Source: a virus (Duplodnaviria > Caudoviricetes). Taken from it: DNA of 64,000 bases. The translations under genes and the position numbers were made by a program. Positions 1 to 9,393 of the stretch are shown one piece after another (position 1 is the stretch's first letter; each line of letters begins with the position of its first letter). The stretch is taken from positions 96,001 to 160,000 of the IMG/VR virus record IMGVR_UViG_3300032320_001447; one strand, written 5' to 3'. A model generated the notes under the pieces. That model made no database searches and was not told where the DNA came from. It saw nothing but the letters and a program-made list of their open reading frames with translations.

Positions 1-2
1 CT

Positions 3-842
3 TATTTAGCCGGCGGTGGAGTTTCTTCTAACGTTTTACAAGGCCAATTAACTATTCCTACATCTAAAAAAGTAACAGGGATTAATACCACTTTTGAATA
101 TACTTTAGTAACAAATAATGATAATCCTGCTTCTGGCGGTGGTGATGGAGATACTGTTGAAGAATTAAGATTGAATTCCCAATTGCAATTTTCAAGCCAA
201 TTAAGAACAGTTACTCAAGAAGACTATTTGGCGAGAGTATTGAGTATGCCTCCTAATTTTGGAAAAGTTTCTAAAGCGTTTGTAACAAAAGATGACGCTA
301 CTTTTAGAAATTATTTGGATAAAAATTCTACGCAAAGAGATCCGCTATCTATAAGTCTTTACGTTTTAGGATTAAATAATTTAGGAACTTTAGACATACC
401 TACACCTTCTCTACTAAAAAATATACAAAGTTATTTAAGTGATTATAGAATGATGACAGACTCTATAAACATAAAGTCTGCTTATGTTATAAACATTGGT
501 TGTAACTTTGATATTATTATTAGACCTAATTACGTAGGCGAAGACGTTGTAGCTAGATGTTTAATTGTTTTGCAAGATTACTTCAATACTAATAACTGGC
601 AAATTAATCAACCTATAATCTTAGCGGACTTAAACGCAGTTTTAGATCAAGTAGAAGGCGTTCAAACTGTTAAAAAAGTAGACATAATAAATAAAGTAGG
701 AGAAGTGAATGGATATTCTAAATATTCTTATGATATAAGTGGAGCATCGGTAAATAATGTAATTTATCCATCATTAGATCCATCTATATTTGAAGTTAAA
801 TTTCCAACTTCCGATATTCAAGGTCGCGTAGTATCATTTTAA
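3..842 (+). CDS. Baseplate wedge subunit (T4 gp6 / baseplate J-like), 5'-truncated by the window edge
   Basis: The frame is open from base 3 (YLAGGGVSSN...NPASGGGDGDTVEELRLNSQLQFSSQLRTVTQEDY), matching the GG.D.E..E.R...F..Q.R.VT..DY signature of baseplate wedge proteins. The TTG start at 171 is internal. Confidence 0.8.
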   Translation, partial: YLAGGGVSSNVLQGQLTIPTSKKVTGINTTFEYTLVTNNDNPASGGGDGDTVEELRLNSQLQFSSQLRTVTQEDYLARVLSMPPNFGKVSKAFVTKDDATFRNYLDKNSTQRDPLSISLYVLGLNNLGTLDIPTPSLLKNIQSYLSDYRMMTDSINIKSAYVINIGCNFDIIIRPNYVGEDVVARCLIVLQDYFNTNNWQINQPIILADLNAVLDQVEGVQTVKKVDIINKVGEVNGYSKYSYDISGASVNNVIYPSLDPSIFEVKFPTSDIQGRVVSF

Positions 843-853
843 ATTAGAAAATA

Positions 854-1960
854 ATGGCAATATATAAAATATTTCCCACAGCAGACGCTTCAATATATTC
901 TAGATTTCCGAATCAAAATACTGGTTTAGACGAGATTTTAGAAGTTTCTTGTAAAAATGACATAAATAGTACTACGTACTTGGTTGAATCGGATCCAAAT
1001 ACTCCGGCTCTATCAGATGATCTTAGAAGATCGCTAATACTATTTTCTGATGCTGACATTGCAAAAATAAAAAGCTTTTCTACAGGATCTTGGCAAGCTG
1101 GATTAAAATTATATTTAGCTAATGCAGAGAACTTAAATACAACATATAGTGTAGAAATTGGACAAGTATCTTCTTCGTGGACAATGGGTACTGGTAAGTT
1201 CTCCGATTATCCAGTAACTATTAACGGAGTGTGTTGGTATAATCCAAATCAATATGTAAGTGCTTCCAATGCCTGGCCAAACGCTAGTTATTTTTTAACT
1301 CCTGGTGGAGGCAATTGGGTTTCTGCAAGTATCGTTACTCAATCTTTTACTTATAAAGATCCAAAAGATATTAATGCAAATGTTACCTCTATAGTTAACA
1401 GATGGTTTAGTGGATCTTTAAACGCTGGATTTATAGTTAAACAAGCCACTTCAGTAGAAAATTCTTCTGGTAGCTTTATGGCTCTTAACTTCTTCTCTGT
1501 AGATACACATACAATATATCCTCCTACGTTAGAAATGAGATGGGACGACAGCTCATATTCTACAGGAAGTTTAAGCACAATAAACAATAATCAATTTGTA
1601 GTTTCAATAGATAACAACGTAGGTAATTTTAAATACAATACAGAAAAATATAGATTTAGAGTAAACGCTAGAGACAAGTATCCAGCAAGAACTTTTACAA
1701 CTTCTTCTGTTTATACAGTTAATAAAGCGCTTCCTAGAACTTCTTATTGGGCAATTCAAGACGTAAAAGGCGAAGATATAGTAATAGATTTCGATGACAA
1801 TTATACTAAAATAAGTTGTGATCCTACTAGCAGCTACTTTGATGTGTATATGAGTGGATTAGAGCCAGAAAGATACTATAAGTTACTTTTAAAAACAGTA
1901 ATAAGCACAGGAGAAACTATAGAAATAGACAATAACGCTATCTTTAAAGTAATTAGATAA
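854..1960 (+). CDS. Virion structural protein (DNRLRE-like beta-sandwich)
   Basis: DASIYS..PNQNTG.D..LEV...RSLILF and IYPPTLEMRWDD motifs; follows the baseplate gene. Confidence 0.55.
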   Translation: MAIYKIFPTADASIYSRFPNQNTGLDEILEVSCKNDINSTTYLVESDPNTPALSDDLRRSLILFSDADIAKIKSFSTGSWQAGLKLYLANAENLNTTYSVEIGQVSSSWTMGTGKFSDYPVTINGVCWYNPNQYVSASNAWPNASYFLTPGGGNWVSASIVTQSFTYKDPKDINANVTSIVNRWFSGSLNAGFIVKQATSVENSSGSFMALNFFSVDTHTIYPPTLEMRWDDSSYSTGSLSTINNNQFVVSIDNNVGNFKYNTEKYRFRVNARDKYPARTFTTSSVYTVNKALPRTSYWAIQDVKGEDIVIDFDDNYTKISCDPTSSYFDVYMSGLEPERYYKLLLKTVISTGETIEIDNNAIFKVIR

Positions 1961-2298
1961 TGGAAAAAGTAGATTTAGTAAAAAAAGTATACGGTATTAA
2001 TACGTATTCGAAAGTAGTAGATACTAGCTTTTCTGAATTAATTACGCCTGCTCCTATAGTAAGTGCTAGCGTTGTAACTGTTGAACAGTTTTTTGAAGAA
2101 TACGATCAATTGTTTTTCGACATACCTGTTACTGGAGAAATTAATTCTCACACATATTTAGTTAATAGAAGCCAACAATATATAGGAGGCTCGGTTATAG
2201 ATGCTGAAAAGCAAGCATTGATAGAAGAGATTAACTCTTTGCGTCAACAGTTATTAGATTTGAATCAATCATTTTCGTCAATAAGTAATTTAGTTTAA
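1960..2298 (+). CDS. Hypothetical structural-operon protein with C-terminal coiled coil
   Basis: TAATG coupling to both neighbours; 112 aa. Confidence 0.6.
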   Translation: MEKVDLVKKVYGINTYSKVVDTSFSELITPAPIVSASVVTVEQFFEEYDQLFFDIPVTGEINSHTYLVNRSQQYIGGSVIDAEKQALIEEINSLRQQLLDLNQSFSSISNLV

Positions 2299-5200
2299 TG
2301 GAATTAGTAAAAGTATCGGTAAAAGGAACGGGCATATCTGCTCAACAATATTCGCCTATAGATAATTCGCTAATTACTAGTAATTTTATAAATTCTAGTT
2401 TTGGAGCTAAAGAAGACTATATTGAAATTTTCATATACGATCAAAATGGAAATATTCTTTTGTCTGACTATGATGGATTCGATTATTATCCTTACTTAAC
2501 TTCTAATCCTCAAAATAATTTATATAACGTAATATCTTTAGATCCACAAAAAGATGTTATTAATAGAGGTTTTACAAGAGGATCTGTTAATATTCAATAT
2601 TCTTTTTTTAAGAAACTATTTAATTCTCAGTTCGGAAAGACCTACTGGATAAAAGAAATTTCAGAATCTAGAACAGAACTTAAGCTTGCTTCTCAAGTTA
2701 TTAGTGACATAGGAATCATAGAGGGATTTGACGTTTATCAAAATTACATTTCTACTAAGAATTACTATAGCGATTTTTACCTAAATTTTGGAGATAATAA
2801 TTTAGTAATAGGTGTTAATGTGGCTGTAGCGGAAGACGAAGAAGGTACTTTTTTATTAGTAAAGTTATACGAACCGCTTGATGCAGATATCGATGTAAAG
2901 GCACAACTTTGGATAGTTGATAAAATATCAGAAGCCATAAATTATAACGTAGATATTCAGGTTCCCGCTGTTGACGAAAACGAAGCAAATAGATTACGTG
3001 GACCTAACTTCGCTGTTAGAGTTTCAGAAAAAATAGGACAAACTACTCCTTATTATTCTTACAATAGTTTAATTGCTAGTAATTACACTTCTTCATTCCA
3101 AAAATTATTAAGTTACTATCAAGATAAATCTGTAGAGATTAATGTAGACTATAGTAACTTTGGTAATTTTATTCACTTCTCAAGCGCTGTAGAAAGATTA
3201 GAAAATTTTAAATACAAATTAGAATTAATTGAGTCTTACAATAACGATATAAGATTAGCTAATTCTTACTCTTCTCAATCTCCAACTGCGGCTTCTTCTT
3301 CCATAGGATTAGCTAGCAACTCGATAAATAATGTAATTAAAAATTTCGATACCTACGAATACTTTTTATATTTTGATTCAGGAAGTTGGTCTTGGCCTAA
3401 GCGTAATAATACACAGCCTTTCGCGTTGTATTCTGTAACGTCTTCTCAAGCATCTAATTGGTTGGGTTCTATAGACACTGTAACCACTCCAACGACCGCT
3501 TCTTTATTATACTCAGCTTCTTTATACGACTATTCAAATAAAGATTATTTAAGATACAGTATTCCACAATATCTATTGGACGATTCTAGCAATCAACCGT
3601 ATCTTACATTCTTGGATATGATAGGTCAACATTTTGATAATATTTGGATTTATTACAAAGATGTTACAAATAGATTTGACGCTACAAATAATCCTAATAC
3701 CGGTATTTCTTTAGATTTAGTTTCTGATGCTTTAAGAGGTTTGGGCTTTGAATTGTATACTAATACTAGTATTACTAATAACCTATACTACACTTTATTT
3801 GGCATTAATCAAGATGGAACTTTATTGCCTCCAACTGGATCTGAGCGCATTACAAATTATGTAACCTCTAGTATTGCTACTTTACCAGGTCTTCAAATAC
3901 AAGACGAATATTATAAAAGACTTTATCACAACTTACCTTATTTATTAAAAACAAGAGGTACTCAAAGAGGCATAAAAGCTTTGATCGCTTCGTACGGTAT
4001 ACCTGATACAATATTAGACGTTAAAGAATTTGGAGGAGTTTCAAGAGAAACTCTCGCTGGTATATACGATATAGACAGTGAAGATTATAAAATAACAATT
4101 GCTACAGGTAGCAATGGACAAGTGACAGGAAGTAGTTCTATATCTTCTTCTTTACTGTCTTATAGCACAACCTTACAGTATTATTCTACAGACAAAAGAT
4201 TAAACTCTGCTAACGTAGAAGTTGGATTTAGTCCAAGCAATACCGTAAATAATAATATAACGGCCTCAGGAGTTATCATTGGCAATATAGATCAGTACAT
4301 AGGAAATCCTAGCTACGCCAATCTTTCTACTTATCCCGCTTTAGATACTTTAAAAACTACATACTTTCAATCCTACGATAAGCCTAAAAGCGTTTGGGAG
4401 TACATTAGACTGATTAAGTTTTACAATAATAGTTTGTTTAAGACTATAAAAGATTTCGTGCCTGCGAGAGCCAATTTATCTACAGGTATTATTATAAAAT
4501 CTCACATACTAGAAAGAAACAAATACGCTAGAAACGAACCTAGCGCAAGTGTCAATCAGTATTCTGAATCAATAGAATTGCTTTCTATTACTGGATCCGC
4601 GGCTAATACCATATCAGGCTCTACTAATTGGCAGGCTCCTTTATTAACTTTGGTTGGATATGTTCCATATTCTTCTTCTCAAAATATTGAAAAATTTACT
4701 GGAGAATTCAGTGGCTCTATTATAACAGCGACTGACTATGAAAGTTTTCCTCAAATAGAATACAACAATAACGTATCTAGTAGTAATGCCTCTTTATCTA
4801 ATTTAACTAGCTCTTTATTGGCATTATATCAAAATGTTACCGCATCAGTTAGATCTCAAAAGTATTTTGATTTAGACTATACGTCTAATCAATCCACACC
4901 AGTTAATTTTGGAATAGTTACTCAATCCATATCTCAAAGTCAAGTATCCGGATTCGACAATCAAGGCGCTTACACCTCTTCAACCGTTCCTTACGCGGAG
5001 TTACAGGATAGCAACTATGCTTTGCAAAGTTTTACAATTCCTAGATATTACGGATCAAAAACAATTAGTGCTACGTATACGGACTACACTGTTGGAGACG
5101 CCTCTTACGGAGATACTGCCGCTATTGATAAAATTAAATTTCAATATGCATACCTAGTAGACATATACTCTTCCTCTTTACAATTACCAGAAAGATCTAA

Positions 5201-6389
5201 CGCACAGATAAAATATATTATTGATAATGAAGAAAATGTGTTAAATTTAACAAAACTTAATAATAACATTTTTACTTCTCAAAACTTATATAAATCAGGA
5301 GAATCTGTAGATATATCTCTATTTGATTACGATCCAAATAATCCAGATGGTCAATTCTTAACGAATAACTCTAATGTAACTTTGTATGAAGGTGGGTTTA
5401 GGTACAGTCCAATTTTATATAATCCTAATGGAGCAGCTAGTTTAACTTATAACTTTGCGACTCCTATTGTTACCACCGGATCTATTTCAACTCCTGGAGG
5501 AGATACTTATACAGCGCCATTGGATCAATATAATTATTTTAATTGGACTTCAGCAGTTGACTATTCTTACTCTACCCAATATAGCCAAATAATTTGTACA
5601 ATTACAGCATCTGTGTCTCCGTCTCCTCTTACACAAACTATAAGACTCACTTACTTATTTGAGCCTAATTCGAGAGGCATTTCTAATGGTTTTTTAGAAC
5701 AAGAGAGATATCTTACCGTAAGTAATGGTGCAACAGTTAGTCCTTTAGGTAGCTCAGCTGCAAGAGCTTTTTTCGCAGGATTTAGTCCAGTATATTATTT
5801 TGATCCGGTATTAGTAGGAGCTGAAGCAGTAGTAGCCGGATCTGGAGGATCTACTTCGTTTAATGTGTATTCTACTAGTTCTATAGATATAAGTCCTTCT
5901 TGGACCTACAACACATCATCTGCTGGAGCAAATGTTGTAAGACTATCGGCAACTCAATCGCTATATTACTTAAGTCCTCAATTCGTGCAATCAGGTAGCT
6001 ACCCAGGCATAGAGCAAGCTGTATTCCCTTTTCAATTAAATGTCAATGATTTGATTAGACTATATAATTATACTAGTAGTCTATTAGATAGAAATGACGA
6101 ATATAGAGTCGTAAACACCTTTGTTGAAGCCTCAGGATCTAATAATTTTCCCTATGTCAATGTAACATTAGATAGACCAATTTCTCCCGCTAACTATACT
6201 AGTAGTTACGCTATTTATAAATACATTGTGCTTAAACATATTCCAGACGAGACTAATTTAATACTTGAATTAAATGGAGCCTATAATATTCCAACCGATG
6301 GATTAATATTTCCTAAGTATATTAGTAAAATTGCCAGAGAAAACTCAGGTAATGTGATAAAATCATTAAAACAACAAAATCTAATTTAA
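2298..6389 (+). CDS. Large virion (baseplate/tail) structural protein, 1363 aa
   Basis: S/T/N/Y-rich; contains LPYLLKTRGTQRGIKALIASYGIP (KGT..GI..L baseplate-wedge-type motif); structural operon context. Confidence 0.65.
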   Translation: MELVKVSVKGTGISAQQYSPIDNSLITSNFINSSFGAKEDYIEIFIYDQNGNILLSDYDGFDYYPYLTSNPQNNLYNVISLDPQKDVINRGFTRGSVNIQYSFFKKLFNSQFGKTYWIKEISESRTELKLASQVISDIGIIEGFDVYQNYISTKNYYSDFYLNFGDNNLVIGVNVAVAEDEEGTFLLVKLYEPLDADIDVKAQLWIVDKISEAINYNVDIQVPAVDENEANRLRGPNFAVRVSEKIGQTTPYYSYNSLIASNYTSSFQKLLSYYQDKSVEINVDYSNFGNFIHFSSAVERLENFKYKLELIESYNNDIRLANSYSSQSPTAASSSIGLASNSINNVIKNFDTYEYFLYFDSGSWSWPKRNNTQPFALYSVTSSQASNWLGSIDTVTTPTTASLLYSASLYDYSNKDYLRYSIPQYLLDDSSNQPYLTFLDMIGQHFDNIWIYYKDVTNRFDATNNPNTGISLDLVSDALRGLGFELYTNTSITNNLYYTLFGINQDGTLLPPTGSERITNYVTSSIATLPGLQIQDEYYKRLYHNLPYLLKTRGTQRGIKALIASYGIPDTILDVKEFGGVSRETLAGIYDIDSEDYKITIATGSNGQVTGSSSISSSLLSYSTTLQYYSTDKRLNSANVEVGFSPSNTVNNNITASGVIIGNIDQYIGNPSYANLSTYPALDTLKTTYFQSYDKPKSVWEYIRLIKFYNNSLFKTIKDFVPARANLSTGIIIKSHILERNKYARNEPSASVNQYSESIELLSITGSAANTISGSTNWQAPLLTLVGYVPYSSSQNIEKFTGEFSGSIITATDYESFPQIEYNNNVSSSNASLSNLTSSLLALYQNVTASVRSQKYFDLDYTSNQSTPVNFGIVTQSISQSQVSGFDNQGAYTSSTVPYAELQDSNYALQSFTIPRYYGSKTISATYTDYTVGDASYGDTAAIDKIKFQYAYLVDIYSSSLQLPERSNAQIKYIIDNEENVLNLTKLNNNIFTSQNLYKSGESVDISLFDYDPNNPDGQFLTNNSNVTLYEGGFRYSPILYNPNGAASLTYNFATPIVTTGSISTPGGDTYTAPLDQYNYFNWTSAVDYSYSTQYSQIICTITASVSPSPLTQTIRLTYLFEPNSRGISNGFLEQERYLTVSNGATVSPLGSSAARAFFAGFSPVYYFDPVLVGAEAVVAGSGGSTSFNVYSTSSIDISPSWTYNTSSAGANVVRLSATQSLYYLSPQFVQSGSYPGIEQAVFPFQLNVNDLIRLYNYTSSLLDRNDEYRVVNTFVEASGSNNFPYVNVTLDRPISPANYTSSYAIYKYIVLKHIPDETNLILELNGAYNIPTDGLIFPKYISKIARENSGNVIKSLKQQNLI

Positions 6390-6390
6390 C

Positions 6391-6398
6391 ATATTTAT
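6391..6398 (+). promoter_or_regulatory. ATATTTAT candidate late promoter
   Basis: The same octamer lies 6-24 nt upstream of about 10 gene starts on both strands (see findings). Confidence 0.55.
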
Positions 6399-6415
6399 TT
6401 TTAAAGCAACTCTTT

Positions 6416-7078
6416 ATGTCTTATTTAAGTAGTACTTCAGTCGTAGTCGATGCCATTTTAACAAAAAAAGGCCGCGAATTATTGGCAAGAAACGATGGTT
6501 CTTTCCAAATCACTCAATTTTCTTTATCTGATGATGAGGTAGATTATACTCTGTATAATCCAAACCATCCTTCAGGATCAGCTTTTTATGGAGAGGCGAT
6601 AGAAAATATGCCAGTCCTTCAAGCCTTTCCAGATGACACGGAAATCATGAAGTATAAGCTTATAACTCTTCCAAGAGGCACAGCCAAACTTCCAGTGTTG
6701 GATTTGGGATACAACAGCATTTCCCTTCGTCAAGGCGCAAGTCTTTCTATTACGCCACAAACATTAAATTACTTAGGCGCCACTAGTACTTACGAACAGT
6801 CTGGATATGTTGCTACTATCGGTGATGTTAGAACGATGAACGGTAATTTTGTAGGAGTTGGAATTAACACCCCAGAAGTAACTTCATTAAATGCGACTAC
6901 AACTATAGGTACTAACGTAAGTAAGACAGTAATTGGCACAACTATCAATATGACTGCTACTACTATTAATACTCTATTCGGAAACAATGCACAATTACAG
7001 ACAACATTAATTGTTACAGGTAGAGATTCAGGAGCTAGAATTAGTATTCCGGTAACGATCATTAAAACAAACTCATAA
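6416..7078 (+). CDS. Virion structural protein (baseplate/tail-associated)
   Basis: N-terminal DAILTKKGRELLA...ITQFSLSDDEVDY motif typical of tail/baseplate attachment proteins. Confidence 0.6.
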   Translation: MSYLSSTSVVVDAILTKKGRELLARNDGSFQITQFSLSDDEVDYTLYNPNHPSGSAFYGEAIENMPVLQAFPDDTEIMKYKLITLPRGTAKLPVLDLGYNSISLRQGASLSITPQTLNYLGATSTYEQSGYVATIGDVRTMNGNFVGVGINTPEVTSLNATTTIGTNVSKTVIGTTINMTATTINTLFGNNAQLQTTLIVTGRDSGARISIPVTIIKTNS

Positions 7079-7089
7079 TAATTTAATAT

Positions 7090-8121
7090 ATGTCTTTTAC
7101 TCAATTTGATCAATCGGATTTCGTAATATCCAATGATTCTGTTACTGCTCCAGCATGGAGTACTAATGCACCGACATTGACTTCTTTTTTTACATTAAGT
7201 GGTAACGCGACTGGCAGCTATTACGTAGATGTATATCAAACTGCATCTACTTTAAGCAACGCAGCAATTCAATTTTCTATAGCCTACGGTCATATATACG
7301 GATCAGGTTCTATACCGTTAAATCCTTTGGTTCCTCAAAATACACCTACTAGAGTTACTTTCGGTCAATATAGAAATTTAATTTACGGAGACGCTGAATC
7401 AAATGTAAACTTTGGATCTGGGGCAACCGCTTCTTTAGATCTAATAGCTATTCCTATAGATAGAAATAGGTACAAAGGCAACTTATTTCCTGGTACTTTT
7501 AATTTACAATTAGGATTTGGTACTTATGCTCAAAAATTAAAGTTAACCGACAATTCTAATGACGTTTCTACAATTACTTACTTAGATTGCGGAAGAGCTT
7601 TCAATATTATATCTGGATCCAATGGTACAGCGGCTAATAGTCCATTAATATCAGGAGCTCCAGCTAAAGGCTACACACCTTCTGGTTCTTACGGATTATT
7701 TTTACCTGATGTGGGTTTAATTTTATTGAATCCCACTGCTTTAAGTTTGCCTACTGCTGGTGGAGGTTTAGCAGTCACTTGGTCAAATAGCACAACAACA
7801 AATGGTTTAAATAATGCAAGAGCGTTTGAACTTATCAACTCTGGAAGTTCTTTCGCTTTAAATAGTCAAGAGCAGATATCTTCAGATTATGTGTTTGTTA
7901 GAGTTAGAAATTCTGAATACAATTATACATCTAATCCATCTATAATCAATGTATCTGGAAGTTTAATATACCCTAATTTTATTAATAGTCCTCAGACTTA
8001 TATGACAACTGTTGGTTTGTATAACACAAATAATGATCTTTTAGCGGTTGCTAAATTATCAAAACCATTGGTTAAAGATTTCACTAAGGAAGCATTAGTT
8101 AGAGTAAAATTAGACTGGTAA
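7090..8121 (+). CDS. Virion structural protein (tail collar/baseplate-like)
   Basis: C-terminal YMTTVGLYN..NDLLAVAKLSKP motif; paralogous to 8125..9360 plus 18779..19084. Confidence 0.6.
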   Translation: MSFTQFDQSDFVISNDSVTAPAWSTNAPTLTSFFTLSGNATGSYYVDVYQTASTLSNAAIQFSIAYGHIYGSGSIPLNPLVPQNTPTRVTFGQYRNLIYGDAESNVNFGSGATASLDLIAIPIDRNRYKGNLFPGTFNLQLGFGTYAQKLKLTDNSNDVSTITYLDCGRAFNIISGSNGTAANSPLISGAPAKGYTPSGSYGLFLPDVGLILLNPTALSLPTAGGGLAVTWSNSTTTNGLNNARAFELINSGSSFALNSQEQISSDYVFVRVRNSEYNYTSNPSIINVSGSLIYPNFINSPQTYMTTVGLYNTNNDLLAVAKLSKPLVKDFTKEALVRVKLDW

Positions 8122-8124
8122 AAA

Positions 8125-9360
8125 ATGAGTATCGCAAAGAATACCATAAGGTTTTCTGATATAACTACCACTCCTATAAAATTAAAGTATTCAGCTTCTT
8201 ATTCAAGCCAATCTTTTTCAAACTTAGGAGTTACTATAAATGGTGGTGTTAACGGTCCTACCGCTAGTTTAGACCCAATTACTGCTATGACTTATAATAA
8301 CAATTATAGGTTAGTTAAACAACTCTATTATACTAATTACATAACGGGATCTTTATTAGGAACTGGTAGCGCATGGGATTCTTCTTTGCAATCCACAGCA
8401 GCTTCTGGAAGTATGGATGCAGATATTAGATCTTTTCCCACTGGAAGTAATGAAAGAATTAGTTTTTTAGCAATTCCAAGAACGGTATTTGGAGAAAATA
8501 TAAGTAGAAACACGTTAGCTATATCAAGCACTAATGGTACTAGTTATAAATTAATAGACGACGGTAATGGAAATATTATAGACGCAAAAGCAAATTACGT
8601 TCATGTTGGAAATATAATATATTCTCAAGGCATAATTACTTTTACTAATCAAGATTATGTTTCTGCGTTCTTTAATAATAATTTTACTTTTACAGTTTCT
8701 ATAGTTCCTCCATCCCCTACGCCAAGCGTTACACCAAGCCTAACTCCTAGTGTAACTGTTACGCCTTCTATAACGCCTAGCGTAACTATAACTCCATCAG
8801 TTAGTGTAACTCCTAACGCTAGCACAACTCCTAGTGTAACTGCTACTCCTTCTGTTAGTGTTACGCCTCCTATAACGCCTAGCGTAACTATAACTCCATC
8901 AGTTAGTGTAACCCCTGTAGTTAGTGTAACACCTTCAGTTACAATAACTCCGTCCGTTACAATTACACAGTCACCGTCAGCTGGTTCGGTTTCTATTACT
9001 GTAAATGATCCAGGTTCTTTCCCTTACCCTGTATCAGCCGGTAATGGATCCGCTTCAGGTACAATTAGTAATACCTCTGGAGTTACGGTATACGTTTATA
9101 TAGTATTTAATAGCGGAGGTAACAATTCAGGAAATATAGGAAGTGATAGTGGTGTTGTAGACGGAACAAGCATTCCTATGAGTGGAACTGTAACAGCATT
9201 CGGACAAACTATATACTCAGCAACCTACGCTACTATAGCAAACGGATCTACTGGATTAGCTTGGAGCTTATCTAAGCAAGACACATTGTCAAGCGGAGCA
9301 ACATTAAGATTAGGCTATTCAACAACTATAGGAGGTGCTATAACTCTTCTATCTCCATAA
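8125..9360 (+). CDS. Structural protein: N-half paralogous to 7090..8121, then mucin-like P/S/T repeat and C-terminal beta domain
   Basis: N-terminal IPRTVFGENI...KLIDDGNGNI...VGNIIYSQGIITFT, then about 90 aa of (S/T)VT(I/V)TP repeats. Confidence 0.65.
   Translation: MSIAKNTIRFSDITTTPIKLKYSASYSSQSFSNLGVTINGGVNGPTASLDPITAMTYNNNYRLVKQLYYTNYITGSLLGTGSAWDSSLQSTAASGSMDADIRSFPTGSNERISFLAIPRTVFGENISRNTLAISSTNGTSYKLIDDGNGNIIDAKANYVHVGNIIYSQGIITFTNQDYVSAFFNNNFTFTVSIVPPSPTPSVTPSLTPSVTVTPSITPSVTITPSVSVTPNASTTPSVTATPSVSVTPPITPSVTITPSVSVTPVVSVTPSVTITPSVTITQSPSAGSVSITVNDPGSFPYPVSAGNGSASGTISNTSGVTVYVYIVFNSGGNNSGNIGSDSGVVDGTSIPMSGTVTAFGQTIYSATYATIANGSTGLAWSLSKQDTLSSGATLRLGYSTTIGGAITLLSP
8707..8980 (+). repeat. 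Degenerate 12/18-bp coding repeat (TPSVTI-type mucin-like tract)
   Basis: Visible actcctag/acgcc units encoding PSPTPSVTPSLTPSVTVTPSITP... Confidence 0.85.
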
Positions 9361-9393
9361 AAATAAAAAACTAGAAGATAATTATAAAAAGAG

